DNA from: Eledone cirrhosa
Lineage: Eukaryota
DNA: 64,000 bases
Direction: 5' to 3'
NCBI GenBank assembly: GCA_964016885.1
Contig: OZ024745.1
Location: forward strand, 8,060,001-8,124,000
How positions within the stretch are numbered: the stretch's first letter is position 1; each line of letters starts with the position of its first letter. Shown piece by piece: positions 36,501 to 49,340 of the stretch. The translations under genes and the position numbers were made by a program. Below the pieces are notes generated by a model. It searched no databases, was not told the DNA's origin, and worked only from the letters and a program-made list of their open reading frames with translations.

Positions 36501-39500
36501 TCTCCTGGATCATATAATGTAGTCCAGTCTCCTGGATCATATAATGTGGTCCAGTCTCCTGGGTCATATAATGTGGTCCAGTCTCCTGGGTCATATAATG
36601 TGGTCCAGTCTCCTGGGTCATATAATGTAGTCCAGTCTCCTGGGTCATATAATGTAGTCCAGTCTCCTGGGTCATATAATGTAGTCCAGTCTCCTGGATC
36701 ATATAATGTGGTCCAGTCTCCTGCATCATATAATGTAGTCCAGTCTCCTGGGTCATATAATGTGGTCCAGTCTCCTGCATCATATAATGTAGTCCAGTCT
36801 CCTGGGTCATATAATGTAGTCCAGTCTCCTGGGTCATATAATGTAGTCCAGTCTCCTGGGTCATATAATGTAGTCCAGTCTCCTGGGTCATATAATGTAG
36901 TCCAGTCTCCTGGGTCATATAATGTAGTCCAGTCTCCTGGATCATATAATGTGGTCCAGTCTCCTGCATCATATAATGTAGTCCAGTCTCCTGGATCATA
37001 TAATGTGGTCCAGTCTCCTGCATCATATAATGTAGTCCAGTCTCCTGGGTCATATAATGTAGTCCAGTCTCCTGGGTCATATAATGTAGTTCAGTCTCCT
37101 GGGTCATATAATGTGGTCCAGTCTCCTGCATCATATAATGTAGTCCAGTCTCCTGGGTCATATAATGTAGTCCAGTCTCCTGGGTCATATAATGTAGTCC
37201 AGTCTCCTGGGTCATATAATGTAGTCCAGTCTCCTGGATCATATAATGTGGTCCAGTCTCCTGCATCATATAATGTAGTCCAGTCTCCTGGGTCATATAA
37301 TGTGGTCCAGTCTCCTGCATCATATAATGTAGTCCAGTCTCCTGGGTCATATAATGTAGTCCAGTCTCCTGGGTCATATAATGTAGTCCAGTCTCCTGGG
37401 TCATATAATGTAGTCCAGTCTCCTGGGTCATATAATGTAGTCCAGTCTCCTGGGTCATATAATGTAGTCCAGTCTCCTGGGTCATATAATGTAGTCCAGT
37501 CTCCTGGGTCATATAATGTAGTCCAGTCTCCTGGGTCATATAATGTAGTCCAGTCTCCTGGGTCATATAATGTGGTCCAGTCTCCTGAATCATATAATGT
37601 GGTCCAGTCTCCTGGATCATATAATATGGTCCAGTCTCCTGGGTCATATAATGTGGTCCAGTCTCCTGCATCATATAATGTAGTCCAGTCTCCTGGGTCA
37701 TATAATGTAGTCCAGTCTCCTGGGTCATATAATGTAGTCCAGTCTCCTGGGTCATATAATGTGGTCCAGTCTCCTGGATCATATAATGTAGTCCAGTCTC
37801 CTGGGTCATATAATGTGGTCCAGTCTCCTGGATCATATAATGTGGTCCAGTCTCCTGGATCATATAATGTGGTCCAGTCTCCTGGATCATATAATGTAGT
37901 CCAGTCTCCTGGATCATATAATGTAGTCCAGTCTCCTGGGTCATATAATGTGGTTCAGTCTCCTGCATCATATAATGTAGTCCAGTCTCCTGGGTCATAT
38001 AATGTAGTCCAGTCTCCTGGGTCATATAATGTAGTCCAGTCTCCTGGGTCATATAATGTGGTTCAGTCTCCTGCATCATATAATGTAGTCCAGTCTCCTG
38101 GGTCATATAATGTAGTCCAGTCTCCTGGGTCATATAATGTAGTCCAGTCTCCTGGGTCATATAATGTAGTCCAGTCTCCTGGGTCATATAATGTGGTCCA
38201 GTCTCCTGGATCATATAATGTAGTCCAGTCTCCTGGGTCATATAATGTAGTCCAGTCTCCTGGGTCATATAATGTAGTCCAGTCTCCTGGGTCATATAAT
38301 GTAGTCCAGTCTCCTGGATCATATAATGTGGTCCAGTCTCCTGCATCATATAATGTAGTCCAGTCTCCTGGGTCATATAATGTAGTCCAGTCTCCTGGGT
38401 CATATAATGTAGTCCAGTCTCCTGGGTCATATAATGTGGTCCAGTCTCCTGGATCATATAATGTAGTCCAGTCTCCTGGGTCATATAATGTGGTCCAGTC
38501 TCCTGGGTCATATAATGTGGTCCAGTCTCCTGCATCATATAATGTAGTCCAGTCTCCTGGTTCATATAATGTAGTCCAGTCTCCTGGGTCATATAATGTG
38601 GTCCAGTCTCCTGGATCATATAATGTGGTCCAGTCTCCTGGATCATATAATGTAGTCCAGTCTCCTGGATCATATAATGTAGTCCAGTCTCCTGGGTCAT
38701 ATAATGTGGTTCAGTCTCCTGGGTCATATAATGTGGTCCAGTCTCCTGCATCATATAATGTGGTTCAGTCTCCTGCATCATATAATGTAGTCCAGTCTCC
38801 TGGGTCATATAATGTGGTCCAGTCTCCTGGATCATATAATGTGGTCCAGTCTCCTGGGTCATATAATGTAGTCCAGTCTCCTGGGTCATATAATGTGGTC
38901 CAGTCTCCTGGATCATATAATGTAGTCCAGTCTCCTGGATCATATAATGTGGTCCAGTCTCCTGGGTCATATAATGTGGTCCAGTCTCCTGGGTCATATA
39001 ATGTGGTCCAGTCTCCTGCATCATATAATGTAGTCCAGTCTCCTGGGTCATATAATGTGGTCCAGTCTCCTGCATCATATAATGTAGTCCAGTCTCCTGG
39101 GTCATATAATGTGGTCCAGTCTCCTGGATCATATAATGTGGTCCAGTCTCCTGCATCATATAATATGGTCCAGTCTCCTGGGTCATATAATGTGGTCCAG
39201 TCTCCTGGGTCATATAATGTGGTCCAGTCTCCTGGATCATATAATGTGGTCCAGTCTCCTGGATCATATAATGTGGTCTAGTCTCCTGAATCATATAATG
39301 TGGTCCAGTCTCCTGGATCATATAATGTGGTCCAGTCTCCTGGGTCATATAATATGGTCCAGTCTCCTGGATCATATAATGTGGTCCAGTCTCCTGGATC
39401 ATATAATGTGGTCTAGTCTCCTGAATCATATAATGTGGTCTAGTCTCCTGGATCATATAATGTAGTCCAGTCTCCTGGATCATATAATGTGGTCCAGTCT

Positions 39501-42500
39501 CCTGGGTCATATATGGTTCAGGCTCCTGGATCATATAATGTGGTCCAGTCTCCTGGGTCATATAATGTGGTCCAGTCTCCTGCATCATATAATATGGTCC
39601 AGTCTCCTGGGTCATATAATGTGGTCCAGTCTCCTGCATCATATAATGTGGTCCAGTCTCCTGGGTCATATAATGTGGTCCAGTCTCCTGCATCATATAA
39701 TATGGTCCAGTCTCCTGGGTCATATAATGTGGTCCAGTCTCCTGCATCATATAATATGGTCCAGTCTCCTGGGTCATATAATGTGGTCCAGTCTCCTGCA
39801 TCATATAATGTGGTCCAGTCTCCTGGGTCATATAATGTGGTCCAGTCTCCTGCATCATATAATGTGGTCCAGTCTCCTGGGTCATATAATGTGGTCCAGT
39901 CTCCTGGGTCATATAATGTGGTCCAGTCTCCTGCATCATATAATATGGTCCAGTCTCCTGGGTCATATAATGTGGTCCAGTCTCCTGCATCATATAATGT
40001 GGTCCAGTCTCCTGGGTCATATAATGTGGTCCAGTCTCCTGCATCATATAATATGGTCCAGTCTCCTGGGTCATATAATGTGGTCCAGTCTCCTGCATCA
40101 TATAATATGGTCCAGTCTCCTGGGTCATATAATGTGGTCCAGTCTCCTGCATCATATAATGTGGTCCAGTCTCCTGGGTCATATAATGTGGTCCAGTCTC
40201 CTGCATCATATAATGTGGTCCAGTCTCCTGGGTCATATAATGTGGTCCAGTCTCCTGGGTCATATAATGTGGTCCAGTCTCCTGCATCATATAATATGGT
40301 CCAGTCTCCTGGGTCATATAATGTGGTCCAGTCTCCTGCATCATATAATGTGGTCCAGTCTCCTGGGTCATATAATGTGGTCCAGTCTCCTGGGTCATAT
40401 AATGTGGTCCAGTCTCCTGCATCATATAATGTGGTCCAGTCTCCTGGGTCATATAATGTGGTCCAGTCTCCTGCATCATATAATGTGGTCCAGTCTCCTG
40501 GGTCATATAATGTGGTCCAGTCTCCTGGGTCATATAATGTGGTCCAGTCTCCTGCATCATATAATATGGTCCAGTCTCCTGGGTCATATAATGTGGTCCA
40601 GTCTCCTGCATCATATAATGTGGTCCAGTCTCCTGGGTCATATAATGTGGTCCAGTCTCCTGCATCATATAATATGGTCCAGTCTCCTGGGTCATATAAT
40701 GTGGTCCAGTCTCCTGCATCATATAATATGGTCCAGTCTCCTGGGTCATATAATGTGGTCCAGTCTCCTGGATCATATAATGTGGTCCAGTCTCCTGGAT
40801 CATATAATGTGGTCCAGTCTCCTGCATCATATAATGTGGTCCAGTCTCCTGCATCATATAATGTGGTCCAGTCTCCTGGGTCATATAATGTGGTCCAGTC
40901 TCCTGCATCATATAATGTGGTCCAGTCTCCTGGATCATATAATGTGGTCCAGTCTCCTGGGTCATATAATGTGGTCCAGTCTCCTGGGTCATATAATGTA
41001 GTCCAGTCTCCTGGGTCATATAATGTGGTCCAGTCTCCTGCATCATATAATGTAGTCCAGTCTCCTGGGTCATATAATGTGGTCCAGTCTCCTGGGTCAT
41101 ATATGGTTCAGGCTCCTGGATCATATAATGTGGTCCAGTCTCCTGCATCATATAATGTGGTCCAGTCTCCTGGATCATATAATGTGGTCCAGTCTCCTGC
41201 ATCATATAATGTGGTCCAGTCTCCTGGGTCATATAATGTGGTCCAGTCTCCTGCATCATATAATGTGGTCCAGTCTCCTGGATCATATAATGTGGTCCAG
41301 TCTCCTGGATCATATAATGTGGTCTAGTCTCCTGGATCATATAATGTGGTCCAGTCTCCTGGATCATATAATGTGGTCTAGTCTCCTGGATCATATAATG
41401 TGGTCCAGTCTCCTGGATCATATAATGTGGTCTAGTCTCCTGGATCATATAATGTGGTCCAGTCTCCTGGATCATATAATGTGGTCCAGTCTCCTGGATC
41501 ATATAATGTGGTCCAGTCTCCTGGGTCATATAATGTGGTCCAGTCTCCTGGGTCATATAATGTAGTCCAGTCTCCTGGATCATATAATGTGGTCCAGTCT
41601 CCTGGATCATATAATGTGGTCCAGTCTCCTGGGTCATATAATGTGGTCCAGTCTCCTGGATCATATAATGTGGTCCAGTCTCCTGGATCATATAATGTGG
41701 TCCAGTCTCCTGGGTCATATAATGTGGTCCAGTCTCCTGGATCATATAATGTGGTCCAGTCTCCTGGGTCATATATGGTTCAGGCTCCTGGATCATATAA
41801 TGTGGTCCAGTCTCCTGGATCATATAATGTGGTCTAGTCTCCTGGATCATATAATGTGGTCCAGTCTCCTGGATCATATAATGTGGTCTAGTCTCCTGGA
41901 TCATATAATGTGGTCCAGTCTCCTGGATCATATAATGTGGTCCAGTCTCCTGGATCATATAATGTGGTCCAGTCTCCTGGGTCATATAATGTGGTCCAGT
42001 CTCCTGGGTCATATAATGTAGTCCAGTCTCCTGGGTCATATAATGTAGTCCAGTCTCCTGGGTCATATAATGTAGTCCAGTCTCCTGGGTCATATAATGT
42101 AGTCCAGTCTCCTGGATCATATAATGTGGTCCAGTCTCCTGCATCATATAATGTAGTCCAGTCTCCTGGGTCATATAATGTAGTCCAGTCTCCTGGGTCA
42201 TATAATGTAGTCCAGTCTCCTGGGTCATATAATGTGGTCCAGTCTCCTGGATCATATAATGTAGTCCAGTCTCCTGGGTCATATAATGTGGTCCAGTCTC
42301 CTGGGTCATATAATGTGGTCCAGTCTCCTGCATCATATAATGTAGTCCAGTCTCCTGGTTCATATAATGTAGTCCAGTCTCCTGGGTCATATAATGTGGT
42401 CCAGTCTCCTGGATCATATAATGTGGTCCAGTCTCCTGGATCATATAATGTAGTCCAGTCTCCTGGATCATATAATGTAGTCCAGTCTCCTGGGTCATAT

Positions 42501-45500
42501 AATGTGGTTCAGTCTCCTGGGTCATATAATGTGGTCCAGTCTCCTGCATCATATAATGTGGTTCAGTCTCCTGCATCATATAATGTAGTCCAGTCTCCTG
42601 GGTCATATAATGTGGTCCAGTCTCCTGGATCATATAATGTGGTCCAGTCTCCTGGGTCATATAATGTAGTCCAGTCTCCTGGGTCATATAATGTGGTCCA
42701 GTCTCCTGGATCATATAATGTAGTCCAGTCTCCTGGATCATATAATGTGGTCCAGTCTCCTGGGTCATATAATGTGGTCCAGTCTCCTGGGTCATATAAT
42801 GTGGTCCAGTCTCCTGCATCATATAATGTAGTCCAGTCTCCTGGGTCATATAATGTGGTCCAGTCTCCTGCATCATATAATGTAGTCCAGTCTCCTGGGT
42901 CATATAATGTGGTCCAGTCTCCTGGATCATATAATGTGGTCCAGTCTCCTGCATCATATAATATGGTCCAGTCTCCTGGGTCATATAATGTGGTCCAGTC
43001 TCCTGGGTCATATAATGTGGTCCAGTCTCCTGGATCATATAATGTGGTCCAGTCTCCTGGATCATATAATGTGGTCTAGTCTCCTGAATCATATAATGTG
43101 GTCCAGTCTCCTGGATCATATAATGTGGTCCAGTCTCCTGCGTCATATAATATGGTCCAGTCTCCTGGATCATATAATGTGGTCCAGTCTCCTGGATCAT
43201 ATAATGTGGTCTAGTCTCCTGAATCATATAATGTGGTCTAGTCTCCTGGATCATATAATGTAGTCCAGTCTCCTGGATCATATAATGTGGTCCAGTCTCC
43301 TGGGTCATATATGGTTCAGGCTCCTGGATCATATAATGTGGTCCAGTCTCCTGGGTCATATAATGTGGTCCAGTCTCCTGCATCATATAATATGGTCCAG
43401 TCTCCTGGGTCATATAATGTGGTCCAGTCTCCTGCATCATATAATGTGGTCCAGTCTCCTGGGTCATATAATGTGGTCCAGTCTCCTGCATCATATAATA
43501 TGGTCCAGTCTCCTGGGTCATATAATGTGGTCCAGTCTCCTGCATCATATAATATGGTCCAGTCTCCTGGGTCATATAATGTGGTCCAGTCTCCTGCATC
43601 ATATAATGTGGTCCAGTCTCCTGGGTCATATAATGTGGTCCAGTCTCCTGCATCATATAATGTGGTCCAGTCTCCTGGGTCATATAATGTGGTCCAGTCT
43701 CCTGGGTCATATAATGTGGTCCAGTCTCCTGCATCATATAATATGGTCCAGTCTCCTGGGTCATATAATGTGGTCCAGTCTCCTGCATCATATAATGTGG
43801 TCCAGTCTCCTGGGTCATATAATGTGGTCCAGTCTCCTGCATCATATAATATGGTCCAGTCTCCTGGGTCATATAATGTGGTCCAGTCTCCTGCATCATA
43901 TAATATGGTCCAGTCTCCTGGGTCATATAATGTGGTCCAGTCTCCTGCATCATATAATGTGGTCCAGTCTCCTGGGTCATATAATGTGGTCCAGTCTCCT
44001 GCATCATATAATGTGGTCCAGTCTCCTGGGTCATATAATGTGGTCCAGTCTCCTGGGTCATATAATGTGGTCCAGTCTCCTGCATCATATAATATGGTCC
44101 AGTCTCCTGGGTCATATAATGTGGTCCAGTCTCCTGCATCATATAATGTGGTCCAGTCTCCTGGGTCATATAATGTGGTCCAGTCTCCTGGGTCATATAA
44201 TGTGGTCCAGTCTCCTGCATCATATAATGTGGTCCAGTCTCCTGGGTCATATAATGTGGTCCAGTCTCCTGCATCATATAATGTGGTCCAGTCTCCTGGG
44301 TCATATAATGTGGTCCAGTCTCCTGGGTCATATAATGTGGTCCAGTCTCCTGGATCATATAATGTGGTCCAGTCTCCTGGGTCATATAATGTGGTCCAGT
44401 CTCCTGCATCATATAATGTGGTCCAGTCTCCTGGGTCATATAATGTGGTCCAGTCTCCTGCATCATATAATATGGTCCAGTCTCCTGGGTCATATAATGT
44501 GGTCCAGTCTCCTGCATCATATAATATGGTCCAGTCTCCTGGGTCATATAATGTGGTCCAGTCTCCTGGATCATATAATGTGGTCCAGTCTCCTGGATCA
44601 TATAATGTGGTCCAGTCTCCTGCATCATATAATGTGGTCCAGTCTCCTGCATCATATAATGTGGTCCAGTCTCCTGGGTCATATAATGTGGTCCAGTCTC
44701 CTGCATCATATAATGTGGTCCAGTCTCCTGGATCATATAATGTGGTCCAGTCTCCTGGGTCATATAATGTGGTCCAGTCTCCTGGGTCATATAATGTAGT
44801 CCAGTCTCCTGGGTCATATAATGTGGTCCAGTCTCCTGCATCATATAATGTAGTCCAGTCTCCTGGGTCATATAATGTGGTCCAGTCTCCTGGGTCATAT
44901 ATGGTTCAGGCTCCTGGATCATATAATGTGGTCCAGTCTCCTGCAACATATAATGTGGTCCAGTCTCCTGGATCATATAATGTGGTCCAGTCTCCTGCAT
45001 CATATAATGTGGTCCAGTCTCCTGGGTCATATAATGTGGTCCAGTCTCCTGCATCATATAATGTGGTCCAGTCTCCTGGATCATATAATGTGGTCCAGTC
45101 TCCTGGATCATATAATGTGGTCTAGTCTCCTGCATCATATAATGTGGTCCAGTCTCCTGGATCATATAATGTGGTCTAGTCTCCTGGATCATATAATGTG
45201 GTCCAGTCTCCTGGATCATATAATGTGGTCTAGTCTCCTGGATCATATAATGTGGTCCAGTCTCCTGGATCATATAATGTGGTCCAGTCTCCTGGATCAT
45301 ATAATGTGGTCCAGTCTCCTGGGTCATATAATGTGGTCCAGTCTCCTGGGTCATATAATGTAGTCCAGTCTCCTGGATCATATAATGTGGTCCAGTCTCC
45401 TGGATCATATAATGTGGTCCAGTCTCCTGGGTCATATAATGTGGTCCAGTCTCCTGGATCATATAATGTGGTCCAGTCTCCTGGATCATATAATGTGGTC

Positions 45501-46699
45501 CAGTCTCCTGGGTCATATAATGTGGTCCAGTCTCCTGGATCATATAATGTGGTCCAGTCTCCTGGGTCATATATGGTTCAGGCTCCTGGATCATATAATG
45601 TGGTCCAGTCTCCTGGGTCATATAATGTGGTCCAGTCTCCTGGATCATATAATGTGGTCCAGTCTCCTGGGTCATATAATGTGGTCCAGTCTCCTGAATC
45701 ATATAATGTGGTCCAGTCTCCTGGGTCATATAATGTGGTCCAGTCTCCTGGATCATATAATGTGGTCCAGTCTCCTGGATCATATAATGTGGTCCAGTCT
45801 CCTGCATCATATAATGTGGTTCAGGCTCCTGGATCATATAATGTGGTCCAGTCTCCTGGGTCATATAATGTGGTCCAGTCTCCTGAATCATATAATGTGG
45901 TCCAGTCTCCTGGGTCATATAATGTGGTCCAGTCTCCTGGATCATATAATGTGGTCCAGTCTCCTGGATCATATAATGTGGTCCAGTCTCCTGGATCATA
46001 TAATGTGGTCCAGTCTCCTGGGTCATATAATGTGGTCCAGTCTCCTGGATCATATAATGTGGTCCAGTCTCCTGCATCATATAATGTGGTCCAGTCTCCT
46101 GAATCATATAATGTGGTCCAGTCTCCTGGGTCATATAATGTGGTCCAGTCTCCTGGATCATATAATGTGGTCCAGTCTCCTGGATCATATAATGTGGTCC
46201 AGTCTCCTGGATCATATAATGTGGTCCAGTCTCCTGGATCATATAATATGGTCCAGTCTCCTGGGTCATATAATGTGGTCCAGTCTCCTGGGTCATATAA
46301 TGTGGTCCAGTCTCCTGGATCATATAATGTGGTCCAGTCTCCTGGGTCATATAATGTGGTCCAGTCTCCTGGATCATATAATGTGGTCCAGTCTCCTGGA
46401 TCATATAATGTGGTCCAGTCTCCTGGGTCATATAATGTGGTCCAGTCTCCTGGGTCATATAATGTGGTCCAGTCTCCTGGGTCATATAATGTGGTCCAGT
46501 CTCCTGGGTCATATAATGTGGTCCAGTCTCCTGGGTCATATAATGTGGTCCAGTCTCCTGGATCATATAATGTGGTCCAGTCTCCTGGGTCATATAATGT
46601 GGTCCAGTCTCCTGGGTCATATAATGTGGTCCAGTCTCCTGGGTCATATAATGTGGTCCAGTCTCCTGGGTCATATAATGTGGTCCAGTCTCCGGATCC
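30548..46699. repeat. 27-bp satellite (GTCTCCTGGATCATATAATGTGGTCCA), about 600 copies, 16.1 kb
   Basis: Highly homogeneous 27-bp periodicity with rare 24-bp monomers. Confidence 0.99.
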
Positions 46700-46805
46700 A
46701 AGCAGATCAATGACTCATGTTTTTAACAAATTTGATTTGTTTCCTATATTTGTTAGGATTAATGGGTTTTATCAAAGTTGGTCAGTAATTCTAACAACAG
46801 ATTTA

Positions 46806-47235
46806 CAGAGTCGGTAGAGCGTCGGACAAAATGCTTTGCAGCATAGAGTTACGGCCCTTTACGTTCTGAGTTCAAATCCCGCCAAGGTTAGCTTTGCTTT
46901 TCATCTTACGGAGTCGATAAATAAAGCACCAGAAATGTACTGGGATCAATTTAATCAACTTCTTCTCCCCCCAAAGTGTTGGTCTTGTCTCTAAATCAAA
47001 AATCATTATAAGGAGAACCAACAAGGACGGTGGCAGAGTCGGTAGAGCGCCTGACGAAATGTTTTGTGCTATTTAATTACAGCTTTCTACGTTTTGTGTT
47101 CAAATCCCACCGAGATCAACTCTGATATTCACCCTTCCAGATAAAATAAAGTATCAGTTCAGTACTGGGTTTATATAATGGACTTCCCTTCCCTTTAAAT
47201 TGCTGGCCTTGTGCCAATATCAGAAGGAATTATTG
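46806..47235 (+). mobile_element. Two tandem SINE copies (about 46806-47010 and 47028-47235)
   Basis: CAGAGTCGGTAGAGCG heads, GTTCAAATCCC B-boxes, shared body and tail. Confidence 0.85.
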
Positions 47236-48652
47236 AGAGAACCATTAGTTTCATCATGAAACGAAATGCTTCCTTCTGCTAAAACCCTATAAATTCCTTC
47301 TAGAAGTGTGCCAATAGTTTTGTTCAGTCTCTATTTCTTTCACAAATCGTTCACCTTTGTGTTTGCGCATCAAAAATGAAATTGTAACTTGTTGATATGA
47401 AAAACTTTATGTCAACCTGGTCTATTAATTTATTTCTAGTCATTAAATCTCAACCGCTAATCTCTGCTAAATATACTGAAGTCATAACATAGAAAACAGA
47501 ATAGACTTCATTTACTTTCTGAATAGCCGAAATTCTTGTATGATGCGCGTTTTTAGGTTTATGAACAAGTGTGAAACATCTGACAATACCGGGGTTTATC
47601 TTTTTGTCTTCATTGTCTTCTCATGAAGAAAAGTCACTATTAGTTTGTTGACATTTACAACTTCTCTTTGCTATATTCAGGATCCGAATCATCTAAATTG
47701 TTTGGTTTACCAGTATCATTAGGGTATTTCTTCTGTTTCATATTCAATGGATGCTGATTGCTGCTCTGTGCCTTCTTCTACACAAATACTAATTATTCCT
47801 ATATTTCCAGCTTCAGTCATTTTGGCGCCTCCTTATCTCAATATATTCTGTTAACTTAAATGTTTATCATATCTTTTACTTCCTTCACTTTACATTTGGT
47901 ACTTCCAGAAGCACAATGACAAACAATATCTCCCTGTTTCATACTACTATCTATCATAATTGTTTCTAGTTTAGGCACAAGGCCAGCAAACTAACAATTT
48001 ATGTAAATTACCACGTGATCTGCAGTATCAAATGAAAGCTATGGGTAACCTACCAGTTACTAAACCTACCAGTTACTAAATCTGTGTCTTAAGGCAACGT
48101 AAAATACGATATTGTTGAAACATAAAACGAGGTCTAAGTTTTTGTAATAAAAGCATAACAAGCGGAAATTGTAGAAAATTCGAAAACGGAATTCGGTGTA
48201 AGTTGAGGCAAAACACAATTATTTCTACTGCTTAGTTTACTTGCAAATAGAATAGATCTTATGTTTGCAGTATTAATAGGTTTTTAGATATAACAATAAG
48301 AGAGTATGTGAACACATCTAATTCACCCAACAATAAACAAAATGGGGTTATAAAATCATATTATCTCAGGAATTGAAACATTTCCTGATACAGAAAAAAT
48401 TGCCTTTGTGATCTAACCTTAAACATGTGAGTATATCAATTTAAACTTGTTATTTGAGTTATAGTTTTATTTAACGTAATAAAATTAATGTAGAAACCGT
48501 AGGAAAGAAAACTTCCAACCTGTTTAAAAACCCGATTTCATCTAATAGATATATTGAGAAAAGTGATAATTAATAACAAAATTAGAATTTGGTTTTTCGC
48601 TCTAATACAGCGGATACGTAAATCTATTCATGAGTTTTATATCGAATAATAA

Positions 48653-48915
48653 TTTCTACTTTTTGGCACAAGGCCAGCAATTACCCAGTGCATTACAGGT
48701 ATTTTATTTTATTGACCCCGTAAGGATGAAAGGCAAAGTTAACCTCGGCGGGATTTGAACTCAGAATGGCAAGGGCCGTAACTCTATGCGTCAAAGCATG
48801 GCGTCCAACCTTCTACCGATACTGCCAAACTCCGCCATATCGAATAATAATTGTTTCTACTTTTGGCACAAGGCCAGCAATTATCTCAGTGTATTACTGG
48901 TACTTTATTTTATCA
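48653..48915 (-). mobile_element. SINE (48653-48836) with TSD, plus an adjacent SINE 3' fragment
   Basis: Direct repeat ATATCGAATAATAAT at about 48638 and 48837; body matches 15840-16023. Confidence 0.88.
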
Positions 48916-49340
48916 GCCTGGTTATGTTATGTTTTAGATGACCATCGTCATCCTTTTGTTTTGGCGGTGACACAGAGATATTTAATATTGTATTGTGATT
49001 TTAATGTGTGGAAATAGAGAAATATGTTAAAAAATGAAGTCTACCCATTTCAACTTAATATTTTCTATCGTAATTATAAGAAATGTTATGATGGACTTTC
49101 CATTTTGGTTCCAGAGCACTTTATGTCAAAGTCACAGTCTTCATCTTCATCCTGTTCAGGTTTTCTCCTCCAACTGCCAGATCTTGGAACTTTCTTCCGT
49201 CTCATTGTTTTCCTCTTTCAAGTCTAAAGTAAATTCATTCCTTTTGTCTTAATTTCTCCTTCTTCTTCCTAACACCCTCCCCCTACACCAAGTAGCTTTA
49301 TACCTTGTTGGGGACTTACATAAAAAAGATGTATACAGTG

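Noticed and set aside
33187-46710. 4507-aa minus-strand ORF (MIQETGPHY)n
   Set aside because: By-product of a stop-free 27-bp repeat; the same frame is interrupted by stops further left, and there is no domain or gene context.
47236-47960. Purine-rich minus strand resembling decayed coding sequence
   Set aside because: Frequent stops and no motif I can identify; possibly an old TE fragment.
49086-49205. Small minus-strand ORF MRRKKVPRSGSWRRKPEQDEDEDCDFD… (39 aa), possible exon
   Set aside because: Short, with an in-frame stop just upstream and no recognisable homology; would need RNA evidence.
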